A stretch of 64,000 nt of DNA, taken from Myxococcota bacterium. Lineage in GTDB: Bacteria; Myxococcota_A; SURF-8. The DNA is taken from positions 2,432,001 to 2,496,000 of the forward strand of contig CAXXQS010000001.1 of NCBI GenBank assembly GCA_963674735.2, given 5' to 3'. This document shows, in pieces, positions 33,452-41,916 of the stretch. The position numbers were made by a program, and so were the translations under genes. Below the pieces are notes generated by a model, which did not search any database, was not told the origin of the DNA, and saw only the letters and a list, made by a program, of their open reading frames with translations. Position 1 is the stretch's first letter, and each line of letters opens with the position of its first letter.

Positions 33452-33799
33452 TTAACGCGGATGACAAATCTGGCAGGAGCGCGGATCGGGAAAACCCGTG
33501 TCCCCATGAGGAGCATCGTGGCAGTCGGAACAAGGCGTTTCACCGTCATGTCCCGCAGGTGCACCGTTGTTTCCGTGACAGTCGACACAAGTGTAAGATG
33601 GATTGACACTCGGCGTATAGCCGCGCGCAGGGTGGACGTCCTCTTCCGTGTGACAATCCCAGCAATCCGCCTGTTGCCACCCGTCATGATTTGCAGACAA
33701 CTCCACCGACCCGCCGTCGGTCTCGTCGCTGCTACCGCAAGCTACCAAGGTCGAAATAAGAAACACGACCAGTATTAACGCTTTCGCCCCGTGCTTCAT
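33452..33799 (-). CDS. Small tetraheme c-type cytochrome lipoprotein (115 aa)
   Basis: Lipobox LVAC; four CxxCH motifs (CWDCH, CVDCH, CSDCH, CQICH) plus four additional His; GGAG RBS. Confidence 0.85.
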   Translation of the reverse strand: MKHGAKALILVVFLISTLVACGSSDETDGGSVELSANHDGWQQADCWDCHTEEDVHPARGYTPSVNPSYTCVDCHGNNGAPAGHDGETPCSDCHDAPHGDTGFPDPRSCQICHPR

Positions 33800-33863
33800 G
33801 TCAATTCTCCGTCTTCCAATGATGAAAAAGACCCAGGGGTACTCATGCAAAACGGCAGATCGG

Positions 33864-34595
33864 TTAATCGTCCAAAATGTCAGCGGCCTCATCGTTATCC
33901 GCGGCCTCGGGATCCGGTTTGGGCTGTTTCGCTTCCAAATCCCTAACCAGAGCTTGAATTTTCTGGTGAGCCTCGGCATCCAGCTTAATGAACCGCAACC
34001 CGACACCCGTGCTCAGATCCAGTTTTTCGGCAATCAACGGCTGAATCAAGTGCACGACCTTGGCATCAACGCTGATCGGCTCGCCGGCATCCGGTAGTGT
34101 CAACCGCAACGAAACACGTTCATCCCTGTAAGGCGGCGGCGGCCCTTCGATTTTCAGAAACAGCCCACCCTCCGAGAGATTGTCGGTGTGCAAGTCGCCC
34201 AGTTCCGGCAGGTTGGCCACCTGCACCGGCAAATCGATGGGATAGCGGCGCGAACCGTTGCGGCGCGGTCCATCGTACTTCACCATCTCGACCAACCGAG
34301 CGTGCTCGGGATCGACAGCCAAGTGTTTCAAACCGAAACGGAAAATACCCAGGCTCATCTTTCGACCGTGTACCGGACGCCACCAGCGAACTTCGGAAAG
34401 ATAATGGAATTTCTCTCCTTCAAAGGTGATGACCCGCATCGAAACTTCATCGTTCATGTTGAGGCGGTACCGGGTACGCACCTCCATGCCTTCGTTCGAC
34501 AGGTTGGTCATGTATCCGATCTTCTGTTCACCGTTACAGCGAAGCAAAACCTCGAAACGTTTCTGCCAGCGTGGCGAATCACTGCGCCCGTCCAT
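33864..34595 (-). CDS. Tandem PilZ-domain protein
   Basis: RSDSPR..NLSNEGM and RRNGSRR..DNLSEGGLF (RxxxR, D/NxSxxG), GVGLRF. Confidence 0.8.
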   Translation of the reverse strand: MDGRSDSPRWQKRFEVLLRCNGEQKIGYMTNLSNEGMEVRTRYRLNMNDEVSMRVITFEGEKFHYLSEVRWWRPVHGRKMSLGIFRFGLKHLAVDPEHARLVEMVKYDGPRRNGSRRYPIDLPVQVANLPELGDLHTDNLSEGGLFLKIEGPPPPYRDERVSLRLTLPDAGEPISVDAKVVHLIQPLIAEKLDLSTGVGLRFIKLDAEAHQKIQALVRDLEAKQPKPDPEAADNDEAADILDD

Positions 34596-34754
34596 ATTTT
34601 GGCCTCCATCATTGTGACTTCTTTAGTTTTATCCGATTACGGCGAGGGGCGCAAGTCGCTTCAATGGAAAAATGTCAACCATTTCATCGACCTCCAACAT
34701 ATATAACCACATATTTAAAGCAAACACCCATTCGGGACAGTTGCGCAAACATAA

Positions 34755-36434
34755 TTGACCCAGCCGTTCAATCGCATTACACTCGCCGAGATGTGGACAC
34801 AACACTTCTCAAACACCGCTCACCGGCCAGCTTGGATCGGGCTGGCGGTCATCGTAATCCTGCTAAATGGCTGGATATTCGGAATCTGGACAGCCACCGT
34901 AAGCGCCGCCACCGCCGCCGCAACCGACTCGCCCGCAGAAGCGGAGGCGCAAAAGCTGGTCACGGCCTGGCCCACCGACCAACCGCCCTTCGTCGATTGG
35001 ACTGTCCCGCTTTCATCTCACGTTGCAGGGGAAATCCGACTGGCGATCACCCATCGAACGACCGGCGAACAACTGCAATTGGTACTGCGAGTCCGGGATG
35101 ACAGCCAGCCCGCCTTCGCACGCTCGCAACTCTACAATATTTTTTACTTCTCCACCGCAAAGTCCGCTCACACCTCCCCCGAAGCGGATCGCCTTTTGCC
35201 GCAGGTGAGTATCTGGCTGAAGAAAGTCGAAACCAACCGCACCGCTCTCTTGCCTTACGATGAAGCTCAACGGCGGGCTCAAGAACAGCGAGAAAAAGAG
35301 GAAGCCCGCCAAAAAGTTGAAGCCGAGCGACAACAACGCCGCGACCGCATCGGCATTCAGCGTCTGGTGGCACCGGGAATAGCAAATCGCTTATCTCCTC
35401 AACGCCTGCGCCCCTTCACCGGTCTGCTCGTGCTTGTGCTTTTCCTCTTCTGCCTGCCGCGCGTTCATCGAGCCTTTAAAGTCGTGCGGGGGCTCGAATT
35501 CACGTACATCACCCGCATCGGCGATCCGGCAGGACCGATTCTCGCCCTGCTCTTCGCCATCCGCTACGGCATTTCCTGGACCGGAGCGACCCCGTCCATC
35601 GGCTTATCCGATCCGGTCGGAGCCTGGCTCACCAGCACCAGCTTATTAGCCGCTCCCCATACTTTTTGGGTCGCCGCCATCATTGCAGGAATCTTGACGG
35701 TCCTCGGCGCTTACATGATCGGGATGACGGCCTACGTCGTGTTCGACGATGACCGGATGGCCGGTTTGTCGGCCCTTCTCTATCTGGCTTGGCGCTTGGT
35801 CCAACCAATCGAGTCCGATCAGATTTCCGCCCTGGTCGCCGACGCCGCATTGAGCGCAGGATGGTTGGCGCTGCAACTTCAGATTTTGAGCCATAAAAAC
35901 ACCCCACGCATGTTGCTTGCGGCTCCCCTCTTCGCTCTGGCCGCCTGGGCCGAACCCGCCTACTGGTCCACCTCGATTTTGGGCTTTGCCGCCCTTCTGA
36001 TAGACCCACGCTTTCGTTCTTCGACGGTTTCGTTTCCCATTGCCTGGCTGTTTCCGATCATTACCCTGCTCATGATCGTTCCAGCGGTCTTGAGAGCAAT
36101 TTTGCCTTTGGGTCTGACAGCTCCGGATATGCTGTTTGGCGGCTGGACCTCTCCCATCTGGCCGATCCTGCACAACCATCCGGAAACGATACTATTCGCC
36201 GCTCTGGCCATTTTCTTCGGAGGGACGGCGATCTATAAAGCCATTCACGCCGAACGGGCCACGGCCGTTCTTTTCGTGCTTTTTTATGGAATCTGTTTGA
36301 TCGGAGCCACCGGCTTGGAGGGCTGGCGTACCGACCATCTCCTGGCCGGTCGCAGCATCGTTTTTCCCTGTTGGCTGATCGCGGCGGGACTGATTTCCAT
36401 CATTCACCGCGAGCCCCAATCCGCCACGACCTGA
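34755..36434 (+). CDS. Hypothetical multi-pass membrane protein (N-terminal extracytoplasmic domain + ~10 TM segments)
   Basis: Long ORF with many hydrophobic segments; start uncertain (TTG 34755 or ATG 34791). Confidence 0.6.
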   Translation: MTQPFNRITLAEMWTQHFSNTAHRPAWIGLAVIVILLNGWIFGIWTATVSAATAAATDSPAEAEAQKLVTAWPTDQPPFVDWTVPLSSHVAGEIRLAITHRTTGEQLQLVLRVRDDSQPAFARSQLYNIFYFSTAKSAHTSPEADRLLPQVSIWLKKVETNRTALLPYDEAQRRAQEQREKEEARQKVEAERQQRRDRIGIQRLVAPGIANRLSPQRLRPFTGLLVLVLFLFCLPRVHRAFKVVRGLEFTYITRIGDPAGPILALLFAIRYGISWTGATPSIGLSDPVGAWLTSTSLLAAPHTFWVAAIIAGILTVLGAYMIGMTAYVVFDDDRMAGLSALLYLAWRLVQPIESDQISALVADAALSAGWLALQLQILSHKNTPRMLLAAPLFALAAWAEPAYWSTSILGFAALLIDPRFRSSTVSFPIAWLFPIITLLMIVPAVLRAILPLGLTAPDMLFGGWTSPIWPILHNHPETILFAALAIFFGGTAIYKAIHAERATAVLFVLFYGICLIGATGLEGWRTDHLLAGRSIVFPCWLIAAGLISIIHREPQSATT

Positions 36435-36549
36435 TTAGCAATCAATGTGGCAATTCGGCAACACCGCGACGTCAAGACGGCGACGCTTCCGCTGATTCGC
36501 TATCCATCCGGATCTACAAGGATTTCTTCTTAGAAAGCCCCCAACTATC

Positions 36550-36582
36550 CGCAAGCTTTTCTCGCTTGCGACAAATTTGTCG
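36550..36582. promoter_or_regulatory. Two adjacent palindromes, candidate enhancer (UAS) sites for a sigma54 activator
   Basis: CGCAAGC-N7-GCTTGCG (36550-36570) and perfect CGACAAATTTGTCG (36569-36582), ~70-100 bp upstream of the sigma54-like box. Confidence 0.45.
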
Positions 36583-36648
36583 GTTTACCCCACCCCCCTT
36601 GTTTTCTCGCAAATACCCCAAGCTGCCGTGAAAACTGAAGAACATGAA

Positions 36649-36665
36649 TTGGCATGATTATTGAA
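36649..36665 (+). promoter_or_regulatory. Sigma54-type promoter for small ORF
   Basis: TTGGCATGATTATTGAA = TGGCA-N6-TTGA, -24/-12 spacing. Confidence 0.55.
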
Positions 36666-36720
36666 GAATAAATACGGTATGAATCGGGATTAACGACTTA
36701 TGTTCCCGATGGAGGTAAGC

Positions 36721-36903
36721 ATGACTCTCACAACCGAACTTGAACGCATGCAACGACGTATCGGCCTAACCGGCGATGTCAAGTGGATGAACTTCTACAG
36801 CCGACATTTTCCTTTACACTACGACAAATATGTCCGAACCTTCACCCATCCTCGCGCCGTCAAACGCGTGTGGTTTTACGGAAATCGCTTAAGTATCAAA
36901 TAG
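36721..36903 (+). CDS. Small basic/aromatic hypothetical protein (60 aa)
   Basis: Strong GGAGG RBS 5 nt before ATG; MTLTTELERMQRRIGLTGDVKWMNFYSRHFPLHYDKYVRTFTHPRAVKRVWFYGNRLSIK. Confidence 0.65.
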   Translation: MTLTTELERMQRRIGLTGDVKWMNFYSRHFPLHYDKYVRTFTHPRAVKRVWFYGNRLSIK

Positions 36904-36912
36904 TTGTGCTTA

Positions 36913-36928
36913 TGGCACGCTTCTTTCA
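36913..36928 (+). promoter_or_regulatory. Second sigma54-type promoter, no downstream CDS
   Basis: TGGCACGCTTCTTTCA = TGGCAC-N5-TTTCA. Confidence 0.5.
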
Positions 36929-36938
36929 ATAGCTTATT

Positions 36939-37060
36939 ACCATCTGCAGGGCCCGTGGCGAGTCCTATTTGGTAAGAAAAAGTTTCGATGGTCTTTCCCT
37001 GCAGTATACCCCGATCTGAAAGGCGCGGGGGGGTCCGAGCCTTTCAGACGGGGTATCTTT
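36939..37060 (+). ncRNA. Candidate structured small RNA (unassigned family)
   Basis: CTGCAGGG/CCCTGCAG stem (36944-37004) then 18-bp stem ATACCCCG-a-TCTGAAAGGC / GCCTTTCAGA-CGGGGTAT (37006-37056) with CTTT tail, directly after sigma54-like box. Confidence 0.45.
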
Positions 37061-37190
37061 GTGTCTAACCAATCGCTCTCATGTTGAATCATTCCATTTT
37101 AGAATACCAAAGCGAGATAGCCTTCGCAAAACCTTCCTCTTTTTGCCTGAACGGTATGGCAGAAAGATCGGATGCGACAGGTGTGAGGAC

Positions 37191-38714
37191 TTATTCCGGG
37201 TAGGCTTTCTGACGGAAATACAGAAAGAGGGTCTGGAAGATGGAGAAGACCGGCACCGCCAACAACGCCCCGAAGAGCCCATAGCCGTATTCCCCGGCCA
37301 CCAAGGCGAACACCACCAGAACCGGATGGATATGAGCCGAGGAACCCATGATTTTGGGATTGAGGATATTCGCTTCGATCAGGTGAATGATGACGATCCA
37401 CACGAGGGCCAAAAAGCCGATCATGAACGATTGCGTCAAGCCGATGGCCACCGCCGGAATCGTCGACAAAATCGTGCCGAAGATGGGAATCAGGGAAAAT
37501 ACTGCCGCAATCACAGCCAAAACGACGGCGTATTTGACACCGATGATCGTCAAACCGATTCCGGTCAGCGTGCCGTTAACTAAGCAGATCATCAACTGCC
37601 CACGAATCACTCCACCCAACCCCCGGTCGATGCCGCGTACAACGTCATCGTATTCCTCGCGGTATTTGGGAGGCGTCAACGAGCGGAAAAACTCTTTGAT
37701 TCTCGGCGTATCGATTAAAATGAACGCCGCAAGCATGAACGTCAAGACCAGCGTCATCAGCGAACCGACGACCATACCGACCACATTGCGCCCGAGAACG
37801 AAGGCATCGGCGACCAGCCTTTCACCGGAACTCAACAGATTGTCCAGCTTCTGCTGAACGCGGGACTGCAAATCGAGCGCCCGTTCGCCGCCGGGATTGG
37901 GTATGGTATCAAGCGGCACCAGTTGCAGCTTATAGCTTCCCTCTCCTTTTTGCTCGACCTCGATCGAATAGTTTTCCAGTTTAGCCGCCAACTGGTCCAA
38001 TAGCGGACCCGCCAACGGATCGTCGGGCACGTCCCCCTCCGGAGCAAACTCCGAACCGGGCTGCAAATCCACCTGCATTTCCTCCACTCCGATGTCCTCC
38101 GGTCCCAAAACGATCGGTCGCTTGGTCGGCAACGGCGAAGGAACTTTCTTGTTAACGGAATCGTCCGGATCTTGATCCGATTCCTCTTCCAAAGGACGCT
38201 TGAGATCCTGGAGAAACGACTGCAAACGGTCATTTAGGTCCGGCACCCAGACCTGCGAAGCCTTTCGGAAAATCGTCGGAACATCGTTGGCCATTTTGGA
38301 GAATTCCGAAGCGAAACGCGGCAGCACCAGAAGTGAGAAAACATAAACCCCGATGAGCAAAATGATGTAGATCAGAATGACCGAAATCCAACGCGGCAGA
38401 CGCATCTTTTTTATCCGCCACGCCGACATCCGATCCACCAGCGGAGACACAACGTAGGCGACGACCACCGCCAGAATGAACGGCAGCAGAATGCCGCGAA
38501 CCGCATAGAGCACAATGAGGAAGAAGAGGATGCTCCCCATCCACAAAAAACGCCGTCCCCACTTCCGCACCGCGCTGACCATCCCCAGTGGGTCGGGTTG
38601 CGCGTCGCTCGTTTCGAGTGGAGCTCGCACCTCCGCCGTTTGTACGTCGGGTTCATCGACGGACGGCGTAGACGAGGGCGCTTTCGACGGATTTTCGGGG
38701 TTATCTGTACTCAT
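37191..38714 (-). CDS. AI-2E family transporter with large soluble insertion
   Basis: PFILAVVVAYVVSPLVD, GVIRGQLMICLVNG, SLIPIFG, EANILNPKIMG, IHPVLVVFAL, GALLAVP; start overlaps carB stop. Confidence 0.88.
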   Translation of the reverse strand: MSTDNPENPSKAPSSTPSVDEPDVQTAEVRAPLETSDAQPDPLGMVSAVRKWGRRFLWMGSILFFLIVLYAVRGILLPFILAVVVAYVVSPLVDRMSAWRIKKMRLPRWISVILIYIILLIGVYVFSLLVLPRFASEFSKMANDVPTIFRKASQVWVPDLNDRLQSFLQDLKRPLEEESDQDPDDSVNKKVPSPLPTKRPIVLGPEDIGVEEMQVDLQPGSEFAPEGDVPDDPLAGPLLDQLAAKLENYSIEVEQKGEGSYKLQLVPLDTIPNPGGERALDLQSRVQQKLDNLLSSGERLVADAFVLGRNVVGMVVGSLMTLVLTFMLAAFILIDTPRIKEFFRSLTPPKYREEYDDVVRGIDRGLGGVIRGQLMICLVNGTLTGIGLTIIGVKYAVVLAVIAAVFSLIPIFGTILSTIPAVAIGLTQSFMIGFLALVWIVIIHLIEANILNPKIMGSSAHIHPVLVVFALVAGEYGYGLFGALLAVPVFSIFQTLFLYFRQKAYPE

Positions 38715-41700
38715 CCCAGGCAAGAACCTCCAGCTCCGTGCCTTGCGTGCGCACCAATGAAAGTACCACCAGCTCGGCCAGCTGCAAATTGGTAAACAAC
38801 GGAATGCCCATATCCACCGCCGTGCGACGGATCGCATAACCGTCCTGGTTTTCCTCGGCGCTGTATTCCTTGGGGATATTGATCACCAGGTCGATCTTGC
38901 CGTTGGTCAAATACTCCGTGCAGCTGGGCGATTTTTGATCCCGTTCTTTGTACAACATCTCCACCGGGATGTCACGCTCTTTCAAAAACGCGTAGGTGCC
39001 CGCCGTCGCATAAAGCGGAAGTCCGAGTTTGAGCAGAAGATTCAACCCATCAACGAAGTCCAGCTTGTCGCGTTCACGTCCGATCGACACCAACACACCG
39101 GTTTTCGGATAGCGGAAGCCGGTTGACAACAGCGACTTGAGCAGGGCCTCTTCCGTATCGCGGCCGAAACACGCCACTTCACCAGTGCTGGCCATTTCAA
39201 CTCCCAAAGTCGGATCAGCCCCGGTAAGGCGCGAGAACGAAAACTGCGAAGCCTTCACACCGAGATAGTCCAAATCGATGGAATCCACTTTTACCGGCCG
39301 TTTCTTGCCCAGCATGCGCTCGGTCGCGACCCGAATGAAGTTTTCTTTCGTCACTTTGGACACGAAGGGGAAGCTGCGCGAAGCGCGCAGATTGCACTCG
39401 ATCACCTTGACCATATTGTTGCGGGCCAGGAATTGAATATTGAAGGGTCCTGTAATTTCAAGCTCTTTCGCGATCTTAGCGGCGATTTGCTTGATCTTGC
39501 GGAAGGTGCGCAGATAGATTTTCTGAGGTGGCAACATCAGCGTGGCATCACCGGAATGCACCCCGGCCTTTTCGACGTGCTCACTGACGGCGTAGGCCAC
39601 CAGTTCCCCGGCATCCGCCACCGCGTCGATTTCGATCTCCTTGCTGTCCACCTCGTATTTGCTCATCACCACCGGATATTCAGGACTGACGCTGGTGGCT
39701 TTTTTGAGGTAATTGTCCAACTGGCTTTCATCGTAAGCGACACACATGGCCGCCCCCGACAGCACATAGGATGGCCGCACCAACACCGGGAAACCGATGC
39801 GTTTGGCGACATCCTGCAGATTGTCGATGTCGGTCATTTCCGCCCAGAGCGGCTGATCGACCCCGAGGTCATCGCATAACTGTGAAAATTTGTGCCGATC
39901 CTCCGCCCGGTCGATATTGGCGGCGCTGGTGCCCATGATGGTGACGCCATTTTGCGCCAATTTCATGGCCATGTTGTTGGGAACCTGCCCTCCCACCGAG
40001 ACGATCAAGCCTTGGGGGCTTTCTTTTTCCCACAAGTCGAGGACGGTTTCGAGGCTGATCTCGTCGAAATACAGTCGGTCGCAGACATCGTAATCGGTTG
40101 AAACGGTTTCGGGATTGTGGTTGAGCAGAATCGTTTCGTAACCCAGTTCACGACAGGTGTTGACGGCGTTGACGCAGCACCAGTCGAACTCGACCGATGA
40201 TCCGATTCGATAGGCTCCCGATCCCAATACCACCATCTTCTGCCGCACCGTCGCAGTGACATCGTCGTCGATACCATGATAGGTGAAATACAAATAGTTG
40301 GTTTCAGCCGGGTATTCGGCGGCCAAGGTATCGATCTGCTTGACTCGGGGAACAATGCCCTGCTCTTTGCGATAAGCCCGCACCGTCATGTCGTCCGTTT
40401 TGGCCGACCGGGCGATCTGGCGATCGGAAAAACCACCCTGTTTCGCCTTATTCAGCAACGATTTATCGTAAGGCCATTGAGCGGCCTGCATAGCTTTTTC
40501 AATCAGGGCCAGATTTTGAACTTTCTGCAAAAACCAGGGAGTAATGAAACTCAGTTCAGCAATTTCCTCAACGGAAAAGCCCCGGCGAAAGCCTTCCATG
40601 ACGGCAAAGACGCGCTTGGGCGATGGAACGGCGATCTTGTCGCGCAGGGTTTTGTCATCCAAACGACCGTATTCCATCGGCTCGAAGGCCAGTCCTTCGA
40701 CGCCGATCTGCAGCATACGCAACGCTTTTTGCAGAACTTCCTCGAAGCTGCGCCCGATGGCCATCACCTCGCCGACCGATTTCATCTCCGAGCTGAGTTG
40801 CTGGCGCACCCGCTGGAATTTTTCGAGATCCCAACGCGGAATTTTGAGGACGAGATAATCGAGCGCGGGTTCGAAAAAGGCCGCCGTGCGTCGCGTGATG
40901 ACGTTGGCCAAGTCCACCAGGGTATAACCCAACGCCAGCTTCGCCGCGATGTAGGCCAGCGGATAGCCGGTGGCTTTGGACGCCAGCGCCGAAGAACGCG
41001 ACAACCGGGCGTTGACTTCGATAACCCGGTAATCGCCCGTTTGGGGACAAAGCGCAAACTGGATGTTGCACTCACCGATGATGCCGATCCGGCGAATGGC
41101 TTTGATCGATAACTCGCGCAGGAAATGGTAGTCGCGATTATCGAGCGTCTGACTGGGGGCCACCACGATGGACTCGCCGGTATGCACGCCCAGCGGATCC
41201 ATGTTTTCCATGTTGCAGACGGTCACGCAGTTGTCGCGGACGTCGCGCACGACCTCGTATTCGATCTCTTTCCAACCTTCGAGGTATTCCTCCACCAGCA
41301 CCTGCGGAATCCCCGCGAAGGCTTTGGGCAATACGGCTTCCAGATCTTCGTCGTCGCGCACGATAGCCGAGCCTTTGCCGCCCAAAGAGAAAGCACCCCG
41401 CAGAATCAAGGGATAGCCGAGAATCTTGACGGCTTCCCGCGCCTGTTTGGGACCGTTGCAGGCCACGGAGCGGGCGGTCTTGATGTTGATCTCGTTTAGC
41501 ACATCGATAAAGAGCGCGCGATCCTCCGTTTCGAGAATGGATTGCACCGGGGTGCCCAAAACGCGCACCTGATACTTCTCGAAAACACCGCTTTTAAACA
41601 GCGCCACGCCGCAATTGAGGGCGGTCTGACCGCCGAAACTCAACAGAATGGCGTCCACCTTCTCTTTTACGATTACCCGTTCCACCATGTCGGGGGTGAC

Positions 41701-41913
41701 CGGCAAAAAATACACCCGATCGGCCATGCCTTCGCTGGTTTGGATGGTCGCGATGTTGGGATTCACCAACACCGTGTGGATGCCTTCCTCGCGCATGGCT
41801 TTGATGGCTTGGGAGCCGGAATAATCGAACTCTCCGGCCTCGCCGATCTTGAGGGCGCCGGAGCCGAGAATTAAAACTTTACTAGGCTTGTGAGGTAGAA
41901 AATTTCCAAACAT
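38701..41913 (-). CDS. carB: Carbamoyl-phosphate synthase large subunit
   Basis: LGSGALKIGEAGEFDYSGSQA, HTGESIVVAPSQTL, EVNARLSRSSALASKATGYP, NPETVSTDYD, VRPSYVLSGAAM, MGS domain. Confidence 0.98.
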   Translation of the reverse strand: MFGNFLPHKPSKVLILGSGALKIGEAGEFDYSGSQAIKAMREEGIHTVLVNPNIATIQTSEGMADRVYFLPVTPDMVERVIVKEKVDAILLSFGGQTALNCGVALFKSGVFEKYQVRVLGTPVQSILETEDRALFIDVLNEINIKTARSVACNGPKQAREAVKILGYPLILRGAFSLGGKGSAIVRDDEDLEAVLPKAFAGIPQVLVEEYLEGWKEIEYEVVRDVRDNCVTVCNMENMDPLGVHTGESIVVAPSQTLDNRDYHFLRELSIKAIRRIGIIGECNIQFALCPQTGDYRVIEVNARLSRSSALASKATGYPLAYIAAKLALGYTLVDLANVITRRTAAFFEPALDYLVLKIPRWDLEKFQRVRQQLSSEMKSVGEVMAIGRSFEEVLQKALRMLQIGVEGLAFEPMEYGRLDDKTLRDKIAVPSPKRVFAVMEGFRRGFSVEEIAELSFITPWFLQKVQNLALIEKAMQAAQWPYDKSLLNKAKQGGFSDRQIARSAKTDDMTVRAYRKEQGIVPRVKQIDTLAAEYPAETNYLYFTYHGIDDDVTATVRQKMVVLGSGAYRIGSSVEFDWCCVNAVNTCRELGYETILLNHNPETVSTDYDVCDRLYFDEISLETVLDLWEKESPQGLIVSVGGQVPNNMAMKLAQNGVTIMGTSAANIDRAEDRHKFSQLCDDLGVDQPLWAEMTDIDNLQDVAKRIGFPVLVRPSYVLSGAAMCVAYDESQLDNYLKKATSVSPEYPVVMSKYEVDSKEIEIDAVADAGELVAYAVSEHVEKAGVHSGDATLMLPPQKIYLRTFRKIKQIAAKIAKELEITGPFNIQFLARNNMVKVIECNLRASRSFPFVSKVTKENFIRVATERMLGKKRPVKVDSIDLDYLGVKASQFSFSRLTGADPTLGVEMASTGEVACFGRDTEEALLKSLLSTGFRYPKTGVLVSIGRERDKLDFVDGLNLLLKLGLPLYATAGTYAFLKERDIPVEMLYKERDQKSPSCTEYLTNGKIDLVINIPKEYSAEENQDGYAIRRTAVDMGIPLFTNLQLAELVVLSLVRTQGTELEVLAWDEYR

Positions 41914-41916
41914 GAC

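Noticed and set aside
37059-37583. 174-aa plus-strand ORF as target of the second sigma54 promoter
   Set aside because: Starts after the strong hairpin, has no RBS and is mostly antisense to the AI-2E gene
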